63,508 nt of DNA, filler included, from Octopus bimaculoides (GCF_001194135.2; 5 parts of 5 records of this genome joined end to end with filler, not necessarily neighbours in it); one strand, 5' to 3'; shown: positions 14,540-25,948, numbered from the whole stretch's first letter. Program-made: numbers and translations. Notes: a model not told the origin generated them from the sequence alone.

Positions 14540-14840
14540 CGGCGACGACAATTGTCATGGAGATGAGTATGAGGTAGAAGATGATCGTGTTTATTGCTGT
14601 TGGTTATGCTGGTGGTGTGTAAAATGATGATGAAGAGTAAGTTAGGGAAGAGAATATGGAGGAGGATGAGTAGGAGTAGGAAGAGAAGGAGGTAGTGTAT
14701 ATTAATAATGAAAAGGAAACGGAAAACTCGGAAATATAGCAAAAAAAAAACATAGTAGGAGTTAATATGAAAGAACTTTGGTTTCATTAAATATATATAT
14801 ATGTATGTATATGTTTGTGTCTTTGGGTGAATGTATGTAT

Positions 14841-14930
<90 letters not shown>

Positions 14931-14984
14931 CATACATGTATACATACATGCATACATATACACAATATATACATAACATTTTGA

Positions 14985-15172
<188 letters not shown>

Positions 15173-15519
15173 TAATTCGAATAAGAAATAATTTCGTGGT
15201 GAGCCCAGTATTTGTTTTTTCGAGTTACGTTTGAAGCCAATTCTGTTTCATTTGTGTCTGTAATCACCTTAAGAATGGAATGAAAGACCTAGATTTAATT
15301 CACGACTCATATATATTCCTCACCATGTGTTAAGGTAATTACTTAGTCATGTTCTGTTTAATTATGATTATTTAATTAAATTAGCAGAGTGGTACACTTA
15401 CAGAATGGAACGCGTCCAAACATGTTCACATTTCAAAGTCTTTCAAAGCTGAATTTGATAGAGATGCCTGCAGGTGTTGTTGTTGCTGTTGTTGTTGTTG
15501 TTGTTGTTGTTGCTGCTGC

Positions 15520-15564
<45 letters not shown>

Positions 15565-15847
15565 GCCCATGGTTGGCCCTACTTGAGTAAACCAATAGTT
15601 AATTGAATTCCAGCGTCTAACAAACCGTTTTTTTTTTTCAGACACAGAACATTGAGAATCACAGAACTTTAGTCCAGTGTTTCAAATCTTTAGGCCAATG
15701 GCTTGGCTGCAATACAATGGTGTCTGTTAAAAGATGCCTAAGATTTGNNNNNNNNNNNNNNNNNNNNNNNNNNNNNNNNNNNNNNNNNNNNTTAATTAAT
15801 TAANNNNNNNNNNNNNNNNNNNNNNNNNNNNNNNNNNNNNNNNNNNN

Positions 15848-16043
15848 TGTCATATCTTCCCAGTTTTGCCTTAATTGTTTTCTTCTTCTGTCATATCTTC
15901 CCAGTTTTGCCTTAATTGTTTTCTTCTTCTGTCATATCTTCCCAGTTTTGCCTTAATTATTTTGTTCTATTGTCATATCTTCCCAGTTTTGCCTTAATTG
16001 TTTTCTTCTTCTGTCATATCTTCCCAGTTTTGCCTTAATTGTT
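15848..16043. repeat. 41-bp minisatellite, about 4.8 copies
   Basis: The unit tgtcatatcttcccagttttgccttaattgttttcttcttc starts at 15848, 15889, 15930, 15971 and 16012. Confidence 0.95.
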
Positions 16044-16295
16044 ACTACTCTCTGTTTCAAATCTTCCAACATCGCATCATACCTATTATCTCTTACTCTA
16101 GGTTTTTTCCAGTCACTGTTTTATGCTTTCGTTTTGCAATTCTCTTCTTTTCAGTCTCAGTTTGTCCTAAATGTCTTTTGAACTTTCTTTCTCACTAATT
16201 CCTCTTCGCCAGTACGCTTCTTTATGTTCCTTTTGTTCTCCTCTTTTGTATCCAACTTTTTCTGCAGCAATCATAACTGTAACCTTAAGAATCTT
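16012..16295 (-). mobile_element. Dong/R4-type non-LTR retrotransposon fragment (region upstream of RT)
   Basis: Decayed translation includes MLEDLKQRVVTIKAKLGRYD, which resembles the EELKQR..A...K..RY motif I recall from this clade. Confidence 0.55.
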
Positions 16296-16890
16296 GTTGG
16301 TTTCAATAGTAGTAGTAGTAGTTGTTGTCGCTGCCGCCGCCGCTGCTGTTGTTGATATTATTGTTGTTGCTGTTGTTGTTGCTGTTGTTGTTGTTGTTGA
16401 TGTTGTTTAGTAGTTTGAAGCTGAGTGTAGTGTGGTCGTGTAGTTTTGTTTTATTGCCTTTGAGTTGTTCTCAATAAGGTTGACTATCTTCTGTTGGGCA
16501 GCAATTGGGCAGTTGGTGTTGTATAACTTATGTTGCCTCGTGGGATGTATTTTAGGCGCGAGTCTATAATTTCTTGGTTTAAAATATGTCCTACAATGTT
16601 ACCGTTTAGTAATTGTCATGTTTTTGAATTTGGAGAACCTTGGTTCTATTTCAGTTGCGTAGCATCGGCTACAAAGCACCCGGAGCACAGCAAGTAAGAC
16701 CTTAGCCCACTGCTTGTCCAAAGCATTTCCATAAGTTTCTACTGTACATCTATGCTTGTTTTCAGTCACTTAGCTCCTCCCTGTTTCATACGTTCTGACT
16801 AATCACTAATCTTTCCTTTCCACAAGTCCGGTGGTTGAAGATGTTGAGAATGTGTATCATATATGATGCATGGATGTCACGGAATTATAT

Positions 16891-16952
16891 CGTCCAACCC
16901 ATGCTAGCATGGAAAGCGGACGTTAAACGATGATGATGATGATGATGATGAT
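16891..16952 (+). mobile_element. 5'-truncated retroposon tail with (GAT)n
   Basis: cgtccaacccatgctagcatggaaagcggacgttaaac(gat)n is near-identical to the 3' end of the 18430 element. Confidence 0.8.
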
Positions 16953-16994
16953 ACACAGAACAGGTGAAAAGGTGTTCAGTGTTCTGAAAGTACA

Positions 16995-17150
16995 CGGCCT
17001 AATGGTTTGAGTGTCGGGAGCTGATGATCGTAGGTTCGATTCTTGGAGCGGGGGGACGCGTCGTGTTCTTGTGCAAGAAACAGTATTTCACATTGCTCCA
17101 CTCTACTCAGCCGTAAGTTGAGTCCCAGCTGAGTGCTGAGTGCAACTCTC
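16995..17150 (+). mobile_element. tRNA-derived SINE head
   Basis: ggcctaatggtttgagtgtc...ggttcgattc (A and B boxes), followed by gtgttcttgtgcaag. Confidence 0.7.
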
Positions 17151-17984
17151 TCTTCTTTTTCCCTTTCCCCGATACATGAGTTTGGTTACACAAAATTATT
17201 GCATGTCACCATCGTCACATCAAATTAATTTACTCGTTTTCAAACCCCTAAACTGCATGTTAACCCAGCACCATTTCGAATGAGAGATTAATACCCTTCT
17301 GTGAGCCTCCTCTCAGTAACAATAAATGTGATAGTCGGGGGTGGATTGTGGTACCTTCTGGTCCTGATGAGAATAGACCAGAACTGGATGAATTTTGATC
17401 ATAAGTCTGTTCGACCATAACCGACCTAGGGCTAAACCATCACCACCATCATACGAACAACAACAGCGATCAACTTCTCATTTCACCCGTCCATTGTGCA
17501 CAGATGACATTCAAAGTTTAGTGTTTCTNNNNNNNNNNNNNNNNNNNNNNNNNNNNNNNNNNNNNNNNNNNNNNNNNNNNNNNNNNNNNNNNNNNNNNNN
17601 NNNNNNNNNNNNNNNNNNNNNNNNNNNNNNNNNNNNNNNNNNNNNNNNNNNNNNNNNNNNNNNNNNNNNNNNNNNNNNNNNNNNNNNNNNNNNNNNNNNN
17701 NNNNNNNNNNNNNNNNNNNNNNNNNNNNNNNNNNNNNNNNNNNNNNNNNNNNNNNNNNNNNNNNNNNNNNNNNNNNNNNNNNNNNTCGATAATATTATGA
17801 AATTCTTTCTCGGCCGCCGCTCCATCGCCTCTCGCTTGTCTCCTCACCCCCCACGCCGCCGCCCCTACTGATTCCTTTGATGTCTTTATCAATAAGCCTT
17901 CACCGCCCCCGCTTTTGCTGATTGCATCACTGTCTGCTGTTTCAGCTGTCAACCCTCGCTAAATGTCATCAGTGAAGTTGAATT

Positions 17985-18195
17985 GGGGGTTGATATATAG
18001 TGACAGAGTGAATTGGAGTTGAGTGGAGTGTGACATGGTGAAGTGGAGTGTGGTATGGTGGAGTGAAGTGTAGACATTTTGGAGTGGAGTGAGGCATTGT
18101 GGAATGGAGTGTGGAATGATGATGTAGGGCGTTGTATGGTGGAGTGGAGTGTGGCATGGTAGAGTGGAGAGTGACGTGGTGGATGGAGTGTAGTA
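17985..18195. repeat. Degenerate (TGGAG)n pentamer repeat
   Basis: Seen directly in the sequence. Confidence 0.85.
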
Positions 18196-18204
18196 TCAGT
18201 TTCT

Positions 18205-18375
18205 TTTTTTCATCTGCGGCCATGCTTGAGCACCATCTTGAAAAATTGACCCCAGTAACTTATTTTTAAAGTACTGGTACTTATTCTATCAGCCACTTTT
18301 GCCGAACTGTTAAGTTACGGGGACGTAAACACACCAACTCCGGTTTTCAAGCAGTCGGTGGGTGGGGGAAAACAC
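18205..18375 (-). mobile_element. SINE 3' portion
   Basis: Homologous to 9715-9830 and 19210-19380. Confidence 0.65.
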
Positions 18376-18389
18376 TGATACTGTGACAC

Positions 18390-18425
<36 letters not shown>

Positions 18426-18429
18426 TCTC

Positions 18430-18568
18430 TGAGTGGTCGGCGTTAGGAAGGGCATCCAGCTGTAGAAACTCTGCCAAATTTAGATTGGAGCCTGGTGTTG
18501 CCATCCGGTTTCACCAGTCCTCAGTCAAGTCGTCCAACCCATGCTAGCATGGAAAGCAGACGTTAAAC

Positions 18569-18601
<33 letters not shown>
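18430..18601 (+). mobile_element. SINE body with (GAT)n tail, probably RTE-type 3' end
   Basis: gagtggtcggcgttaggaagggcatccagctgtagaaac...gttaaac(gat)n; the tail is shared with 16891. Confidence 0.8.
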
Positions 18602-18639
<38 letters not shown>

Positions 18640-18646
<7 letters not shown>

Positions 18647-18810
18647 CGACGAGCTTCTTTCAGTTTCTGTCTACTAAATCCATTTACAAGGATTTAGTCA
18701 GCTTGAGGCTATAGTTGAAGACACTTGCCCGTGGTGCCATGCAATCGTATTTATCCCGGAAGAATATGGTTGAGAAGCAAACTTACCACACAGCCACGCC
18801 TGCGCTCATA
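18640..18810 (-). mobile_element. tRNA-derived SINE 5' portion
   Basis: Its reverse complement resembles the head of the 21775 copy (gtggtaagtttgcttctcaaccat...). Confidence 0.65.
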
Positions 18811-19209
18811 GTTAGGGACGTGGTTTTGAGGAGGCATTATCACAATCAGCACCAACATGCCCAACATCACTATCATCAATCACCCCACCTCCATCATCAT
18901 GACCACCACCTCCATCATCCCCACAGTCACAATCACCCCACCCCATCATTTTCTGTTAGATCTTGTGGTTTATCGCCATTCATTGCAGGTTTCTGTTGTT
19001 TTCAGATTTAGATTGTCAACACCCTTAGAGGGAGTTTTTGTCTTCTAACTGCGTAGGTAATTTCAGTGAACCCCAGTTTGTCAACTCACTAAATTATGTA
19101 TGAGACGCCACTTGTATTTCAGCAAACAGAACGCTTCCCTAACCCTGGTTATTTTGTCTCAGCTCCGATGACAGCAAAATCCCCTTTTCCTTTAATCCAC
19201 GCCTGAGTA

Positions 19210-19380
19210 AAGACCAAGCACTTGTAATCTTTTACATTTTACTTGAGTCATTAAACTACGGCCATACCGGAGCACTGCTTTGAAGAACAGATCGACTTTT
19301 TCTTTGAAAGTCTGGTACTTGTTTTGTCAATCAAGTTTGCCGAACCTCTAAGTTACGGGGACACAAACAAACCAACAAAA
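19210..19380 (-). mobile_element. SINE 3' portion
   Basis: Homologous to 18205-18375 (gccgaac..taagttacgggga). Confidence 0.6.
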
Positions 19381-19405
19381 CAGGCTTATATATATATATA
19401 TATAT

Positions 19406-19550
19406 GTCTCCTTGTCTCCGTATTCTTTCTGTTGAAGAGCGTAGCTCGAAACGTCAAAGACTTTCCGTATTCCCGAGCGTCATACTAATATATACTTTTG
19501 TTATTTACACCACCTGTCCTCGTCTGTTGTTATTTTTTGTATATTCTCCC
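19406..19550 (+). mobile_element. Penelope-like pseudo-LTR fragment
   Basis: Carries a minimal hammerhead motif at 19424-19460 and is bounded by (AT)n on both sides. Confidence 0.6.
19424..19460 (+). ncRNA. Minimal type I hammerhead-like motif (variant core CUGUUGA)
   Basis: TCTTT-CTGTTGA-A-GAGC gta GCTC-GAA-ACGT-C-AAAGA: 5-bp stem I, 4-bp stem II, palindromic stem III and a GUC site. Position 6 of the core is non-canonical. Confidence 0.55.
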
Positions 19551-19599
19551 ATATATATATATAGGCATCATTAAAACTATTAATTCCCCAACTTTTGAA

Positions 19600-20450
19600 T
19601 TCAACTGGCTACAGCAGACATCAATATGTACGCCAACACATGTGTGTGTGTGTGTGAGCATTTGTTTGAAGCCAGAAGTGCAACGGGCGAATTGCCTATA
19701 AAATTTGGTGAACCTTTTTTTTAGACAATGCACTAAGCCATCCAGCTGACTTAGATAACCTGTCTGATAAAGTGGGAGTAGAATATTTCCCCAAGAATAC
19801 AATTCCTTAGCTCCAGCCAATGGATCAGATGTGATAGAACTGAGAGCAATTAACAGGAAGGATAAACCTACAGTTTGAGATTTCTGGAATAAATTCATCA
19901 TAATGGATGCTGTGGATGATATAGCTGAGTCATGGGATGAAGTGAAACCTACAACATTGATTAGTGCTCGGAAAAGTATATGGCCAGACTGAATCCATAA
20001 CGTTATAAGTTTTTCTGAAAGAGAAAGTCTACATGAAATTCAGAAACATATTGCGTCACTTGCAAATGATGTAAGATTTGAAGAAGTTACAGAAGATAAT
20101 GTGATTGAGTTACTTGTGTCTCAGAGAGAAGGTTTAGTTAACGAGGAGCTGATACTGTTACAAAAAGAAAAGAATAAAGAAGAAAAATACAGATGAGACA
20201 ACGGAAGTCCCACCTACACCACTTTTTGCAAAAACAAAAATTATTGCTAAACGATTGGAACTTATTGAGAAAAAGTCTGCATTATCAGCAAAACTGCTGA
20301 TAATGATCCTAATTACAAGAGGAGTTTACAACGAGCTCAGTTCCTATACTGAGCTGTACAAAGAGATGATGCGTTATAAACCACAAACAACTTTGTATAA
20401 GTTCTTCACCCCTCAAACTGATATTACTGATAATGAACTTATAAGATAAT
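19600..20450 (+). mobile_element. Tigger/pogo transposase remnant (DDE_1 C-terminal half)
   Basis: Decayed translation gives LDNALSHPADL...EYFPKNT...QPMDQ and DFWNKFIIMDAVDDIAESWDEVKPTTL. Confidence 0.88.
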
Positions 20451-20599
20451 AAATATTGTCCCTCATCTTCCTCGTAACACTCATTCCACCATCACTCTTC
20501 GTACAGTTGGCAACATCTTTTGGGGTAAGAACATGCTCTTACGATATTATGAATATTTATTAATTCCTTAATGTATTCCTCCTGAAATGGTTTTGTGTT

Positions 20600-21532
20600 G
20601 GCAGAGTTTGGATCGAAGTACGTGCTAAAACCCCTCATAACATTTTTTATTTTTGTGAATTTTCACAAAATGTTTTCGATTCCGTCTTCTGCACAATGGA
20701 ATTAATACAATTGTGCAAGAAAAACATTAAAAAATATATTTAACCCCTCCCCCACTCCAATTCCAAAAGTTTTCACTGTATTTCGAACTAATTTTTTTCA
20801 TCCGTGATTTTAAAGTACGGANNNNNNNNNNNNNNNNNNNNNNNNNNNNNNNNNNNNNNNNNNNNNNNNNNNNNNNNNNNNNNNNNNNNNNNNNNNNNNN
20901 NNNNNNNNNNNNNNNNNNNNNNNNNNNNNNNNNNNNNNNNNNNNNNNNNNNNNNNNNNNNNNNNNNNNNNNNNNNNNNNNNNNNNNNNNNNNNNNNNNNN
21001 NNNNNNNNNNNNNNNNNNNNNNNNNNNNNNNNNNNNNNTTAACGAGGAGCTGATACTGTTACAAAAAGAAAAGAATAAAGAAGAAAAATACAGATGAGAC
21101 AACGGAAGTCCCACCTACACCACTTTTTGCAAAAACAAAAATTATTGCTAAACGATTTTCACTGTATTTCGAACTAATTTTTTTCATCCGTGATTTTAAA
21201 GTACGGACAGTCCAATTCTGCCATTCGTTTCTCTATAATTTCAAAATAATTTTTCAAATACGTCAAAATCAAAATTGAAAAAGTTTTAAACAATCGCGCA
21301 TGCGCTTGGCTGATTATCGATACTTGCGTGTTTGAGTTAGAGAAAAACATTTACTAACAGAAAATTATGTTATTAAAGTAAATAATCTCTAACATACCTT
21401 TAATTTATTACCGCTTCCAGTTTATTAATTCCATTGTACAGAAGACAGAATCGAAAACAAATTGTGAAAATTCGCAAAAATAAAGATGTTATGAGGGTTT
21501 TTTTTAGCACGGGCTTCGACCCGAACTCCGCC
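20600..21532. mobile_element. Non-autonomous DNA element with about 110-bp terminal inverted repeats
   Basis: 20600-20707 matches the reverse complement of 21423-21532 at roughly 85% by eye. The interior spans a gap and a duplicated segment. Confidence 0.75.
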
Positions 21533-21774
21533 TTCGTATTTTTATGCATCTATATTCTATCGTGTTTGTTTAGAAAAAGATATTTTGATGTATAAAGGGG
21601 ATCATCTTGCTTGTTCCCTGTTGTTTGCTTATGCTTTTTTGTCTTTTTCGAAAAAGTCCGTTGGAACGTAATCTCACTCGATATGAAGAAAGGAACATTA
21701 GTTTCGCATTACGGCCAAATTTTCAAGAACACTACTTCTGCAAAGCGAAGGATTTCCTTATATATTGAGTGCAT

Positions 21775-21928
21775 GTGTGCGTCTATGGTTGTGGGGTTAA
21801 GAAGTTCGGTTTGCAACCATATTGTTTTGAGTTCAGTCCCACTGCACAGTACTTGGACAGTACGTTCTATTATAGCACCGGGCAGACCAATGTCTCGAGA
21901 GTAAGGGGACGGAAACGGTGAGAATGCC

Positions 21929-21972
<44 letters not shown>

Positions 21973-22155
21973 ACACACACACTGTATGTGTGTGTGAGTG
22001 TTTGCATTTACCCCCGAGATTGTTGATTTGGCGAAAGAGACCGGTAGAATAAGTATCAAACTTAGAAAAATACTGGAGTCGATTCGCTCAACTGAACCCC
22101 TCAGGATGGTGCTCTAGCGTAGCCGCAGCCCGATGATTGCCACATATAAGAGATA
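21775..22155 (+). mobile_element. tRNA-derived SINE with internal microsatellite
   Basis: Head gtggggttaagaagttcggtttgcaaccat...gagttcagtccc; the 3' part is complementary to the 18205 and 19210 copies. Confidence 0.65.
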
Positions 22156-22158
22156 TAT

Positions 22159-22250
22159 ACATGAGTACCTCAACTTACGTCGGTAATTAGTTCCTAGACG
22201 TGCAACTTAACTCGAAAAACGACGTACGACGAAACAATTTAAAAAAAATC
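22159..22250 (+). mobile_element. Possible Tigger-type terminal fragment
   Basis: ta-catgagtacctcaacttacgtcggtaattagttcc resembles Tigger termini as I recall them; no partner end was found. Confidence 0.35.
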
Positions 22251-22404
22251 TATTAGCTTATTATGTCTGTATTAATAAATGGTTTCTACATATTTTCACT
22301 TGCATCTTATTAGATTTTCCACTTTGGTGTTAGTTTTTTAGGTGTTTAAATATGTCTTTATGCACATACGTATGTGTGTGTAAATTTGTATGAATTTTAC
22401 CAAT

Positions 22405-23276
22405 TCTTTCATTGCATTCTCAGTTACTAACGGAGTCAAGCAGAGCTGTCTGCTCACACCTACGCTGTTCAGCATGATGTTCTTAGCTATGCTGTTGAAT
22501 GCTTTCCGCAACATTGACGAAACCAGCGTCAAGACCAGAATCAGGACTGATGGCAGACTCTTCAACCTGCGGAGGCTATGGGCCAAGACCAAGGTGAAAG
22601 AAGACTCAGTGCGCGACTTCCTGTTCGTAGACGTCTCTAGATTCAACAGAGCATGAACTGCTTCTCCATTGCCGGCAACAACGTTGGCCACACGACCAGT
22701 ACTGAGAAGACAGAGGTCATGCACCACCCTGTCCTGCAGAAGCCGTACGTAGAACCAGCTATCACTGTTGAAGGGGAAACCCTGAAGGCTGTTGATAAGT
22801 TCACGTACCTCGGTAACACACTCTCCAGATCTGTGAACGTTGACGATGAAGTCAATTCACGCATCGGCAAATGCAGCCCAGCATTTGGGCGGCTACATGA
22901 ATCACTATGAGAAAGGAGAGGAATTAGGCTGACTACAAAGTCGAAGGTTTACCAAGCAGTTGTACTGCCTACGCTATTGTATGCTTGAGAAAGTTGGACA
23001 GTTTGCGAACGTTACGCCAAACAGTGAAACCACTTTCACATGAACTGTCAGAGAAAGCTGTTGAAAAATCCACCTGGCAAGACAAGGTTCCAGACATGGA
23101 GGTCTTCTCTCGAGCGGATCTGCCAAGCATTTGCACACTGCTGAGGAAAGCGTAGGACAGTTGGGAAGGCCGTCTTGTTCAAATGTCTGACACATGACTA
23201 CCCAAAAAACTGTTTGACAGTGAATTAGCAGAAGGCAAGCACACACAAGATGGACAGAAAAAGCGCTTCATAGATA
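22405..23276 (+). mobile_element. RTE-clade (BovB-like) LINE fragment, RT and C-terminus, decayed
   Basis: VTNGVKQSCLLTPTLFS...DGRLFNLRRL, VDKFTYLGNTLS...DDEVNSRIGK...AFGRL and IRLTTKSKVYQAVVLPTLLYA. There is a deletion just after the FLFVD active-site motif. Confidence 0.93.
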
Positions 23277-24090
23277 TGTAAGGATGTCCGTGCGAACTCA
23301 AAAAGGAGAAATGGTGACGAATGGAAAAATAGAGGACTCCTTTTATTTAAACGCGTCACACAGTCGAACACAAAATAATATATCAAAGATGATATACATA
23401 TAATGTTATACTACGATAACATTAGTGAATTCGTAAATACCAGTAATGAAAACTATAGAAGGCAACCGTATAAGATGAATAACAGAGATATTTATTGTGG
23501 CATAAAAGATGTATGTCTGTGTGTGAGTGTGAATGCGACATATAATAACATAATCAAAGACAGGCCGTCATACACAGAAAAGTATGTATGTGAGTGATAC
23601 ATGTATGTGTATGTGAGATATTACAGCAGATAGAAAGAGTCAGTAACCGTGAGCATTTATACCAGTTCTGAGTACACTATAGGAAAAGTCTGTATGTGAA
23701 AGTAGTTGAGGCTGTGAGTGTGGCAGAGCGATCACTAGTTGTGATGTTGTGGCTTCCATGCCGGGCCGTGATTCTTGTTATACAGATGTTCGTCGTTCGT
23801 CGCTGGCTGAAATCTCTTNNNNNNNNNNNNNNNNNNNNNNNNNNNNNNNNNNNNNNNNNNNNNNNNNNNNNNNNNNNNNNNNNNNNNNNNNNNNNNNNNN
23901 NNNNNNNNNNNNNNNNNNNNNNNNNNNNNNNNNNNNNNNNNNNNNNNNNNNNNNNNNNNNNNNNNNNNNNNNNNNNNNNTCCCCTAACAGAATCGAAGAG
24001 AGAGATGTGCCGCGGTGGTTTAGTTTGGTATACATAGTAAGTCGTGTTGACGCTGGTGGTGATTGATGCTGGTTAGTAGTAATCGTAGAG

Positions 24091-24178
24091 TCGTGTTGGT
24101 CATGACGATGATGCTGGTTAGTAGTCGTAGACTCGTGTTGGTCATGACGATGATGCTGGTTAGTAGTCGTAGACTCTT
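24091..24178. repeat. 42-bp tandem duplication inside the LTR
   Basis: tcgtgttggtcatgacgatgatgctggttagtagtcgtagac occurs twice. Confidence 0.9.
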
Positions 24179-24328
24179 ATTGCTGATGTGGCGGCGTCGT
24201 TGGTGGTCATTCGTTGAACGAAGCTGTTGATGTGTTGCTGACTGCCGCTGCTGCTGCTGTCGTGTGGTACACGGAACAGATCTCAAAGAGAAACTGAACC
24301 GAGACGAATTTGCTGGGTATGAGTTGAT

Positions 24329-24472
24329 CTATTTATAGCGAATTATCGGCTCACCAGACATCAGAAAAATACTCTATCACGTGACCTTATTAAGGGCTGT
24401 GATTGGTCAGTTTGCGTTCTGGCGGGAACGGTTCGAAGAAGTTGCCGCTTCGAATATTAATCAGTCACGTGA
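24329..24472 (-). promoter_or_regulatory. LTR U3-like Pol II promoter
   Basis: Read on the minus strand: TCACGTGA (24465-24472), CCAATC (24401-24406), TCACGTGA (24377-24384), TATAAATAG (24329-24337). Confidence 0.55.
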
Positions 24473-24793
24473 TGACAAGGAGATAGGTTCTCCGCTACGC
24501 CCGCGTTTATTTATATTTAAATGAGAAGAATGGCGATAGCAGTTTTGTATCTAATGGCGATAGGTAGTTTCACTACANNNNNNNNNNNNNNNNNNNNNNN
24601 NNNNNNNNNNNNNNNNNNNNNTTAATTAATTAANNNNNNNNNNNNNNNNNNNNNNNNNNNNNNNNNNNNNNNNNNNNATTTTATCCATTTCTATAACCAT
24701 GAAAGACAATAGTAACACAGGCGGGATTCGAACGCGAAAATCCATGAATTAAACCACGTTCATCCCACAGTCGCTCTTTCTTTCCACTTCACC

Positions 24794-24849
<56 letters not shown>

Positions 24850-24861
24850 CAATAATAATAA

Positions 24862-25145
24862 TTTCTCAGGCTGTAAAAAGCCAGAAGAAAATAACGCAAC
24901 GAATTTGATCGGACGCTCTGACGATTCTGCCACTCCGCCACCCTTATAATTTCTCACATAAGCTGAAGGCCACAACTTTGTAAGGGTCGGGGAGTAGCTG
25001 ATTAAATCGGCCCCAAACATTTGTTTGGGCTAAATTCGATCCCAGAAAAATCAAAGGCAAAAGTGACGTCGGCGAGAATCGAGTTGAAACGGTAAAGAGC
25101 CGAAACAAATACGGTAAAAATATTTCGTGATATATTCAGCCACTT
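24862..25145 (-). mobile_element. Two decayed family A SINE pieces
   Basis: A head gacgattctgccactccgcc near 24920-24940 and a second degraded body at 24960-25145. Confidence 0.5.
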
Positions 25146-25181
25146 GTTGTCAATTGCAGGAATCACAGTGCAAACATTAGA

Positions 25182-25255
<74 letters not shown>

Positions 25256-25257
<2 letters not shown>

Positions 25258-25468
25258 GCCTCAAATTTTGCCGCAAGGAGAGCAATTTTGGGAGAGGGAA
25301 TGAGTCGATTACATCGACCCCAGTGTTCAACTAGTACTTATTTTATCGATCCCGAAAGGATAAAACAGTAAAGGAGGCTTCGGCGGAATTTGAACTCAGA
25401 ACGTAGCGACGGGTGAAATACGACTAAGCGTTTTACTCCGGCGCGCAAACGATTCTGCCAGATCGCCG
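25256..25468 (-). mobile_element. tRNA-derived SINE, family A, with (ATT)n tail
   Basis: Matches the 41261 copy; the tail is the (AAT)n tract at 25182-25255. Confidence 0.85.
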
Positions 25469-25948
25469 AACAGAAGAACGTCACTGTAGTCTGGAATCAA
25501 ACATCGTACATTTTCACTTACCAAACAAGAGACCAATTAAAACTATAAATTCATTAGAACGATAATTAAAATAGAATAGAATTAAAACCGTAATAATGCA
25601 GAATTTCTTATTGAGATTCGTTAATTTCAGAATGGCTCTCTCGCTGGTGTAGTGGTCATATGCATTATTATCTGTTTGGTCGTTAGGAACAGGTTCGTGC
25701 ATGTGTGTGTGTACGTTTATATGTGTATGTGTATGTATATGTGTGTGTTTATGTATACGTGTATGTATGTTTATGTATGCGTGTATGTGCATACATGTGT
25801 TGTTCCGATTTCTCTCAGTACGCGTGTGTCTGTTACATCCAAAAGCACGAATGTGTTCTCGTGCATTTTCAGTCATATAAAAGGTCTTTCAGTTTTTCTG
25901 CGAATTCTTTGTGGAACCTTTGAATAGGGAAGTTTATAACCCATCATC

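Larger units (their letters stand above)
23277..24577 (-). mobile_element. Probable solo LTR (about 1.3 kb) inserted at the end of the RTE fragment
   Basis: The segment starts TGTAAGG exactly where RTE homology stops and ends CACTACA. It has a minus-strand TATA/CCAAT/E-box cluster and a downstream AATAAA. The right TSD is hidden by the gap. Confidence 0.65.

Noticed and set aside
15792-15803. TTAATTAATTAA islands inside gaps (also 24622, 42941, 62304)
   Set aside because: Each sits between two runs of about 44 N in a 100-base block and gives stops in all six frames, so it is a scaffolding spacer, not biology.
15848-16043. CRISPR-like regular repeats
   Set aside because: The units are head-to-tail with no unique spacers, there are no cas genes, and the context is eukaryotic.
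16440-16870. Possible additional LINE 3' fragment
   Set aside because: No conserved motif could be read in any frame.
17355-17385. TTCTGGTC/GACCAGAA hairpin around CTGATGA
   Set aside because: No GAAA half-core; an 8-bp stem can arise by chance.
17930-17972. CTGATGA...GAAAC on the minus strand as a hammerhead
   Set aside because: No stem II adjacent to the core and no NUH site with stem I.
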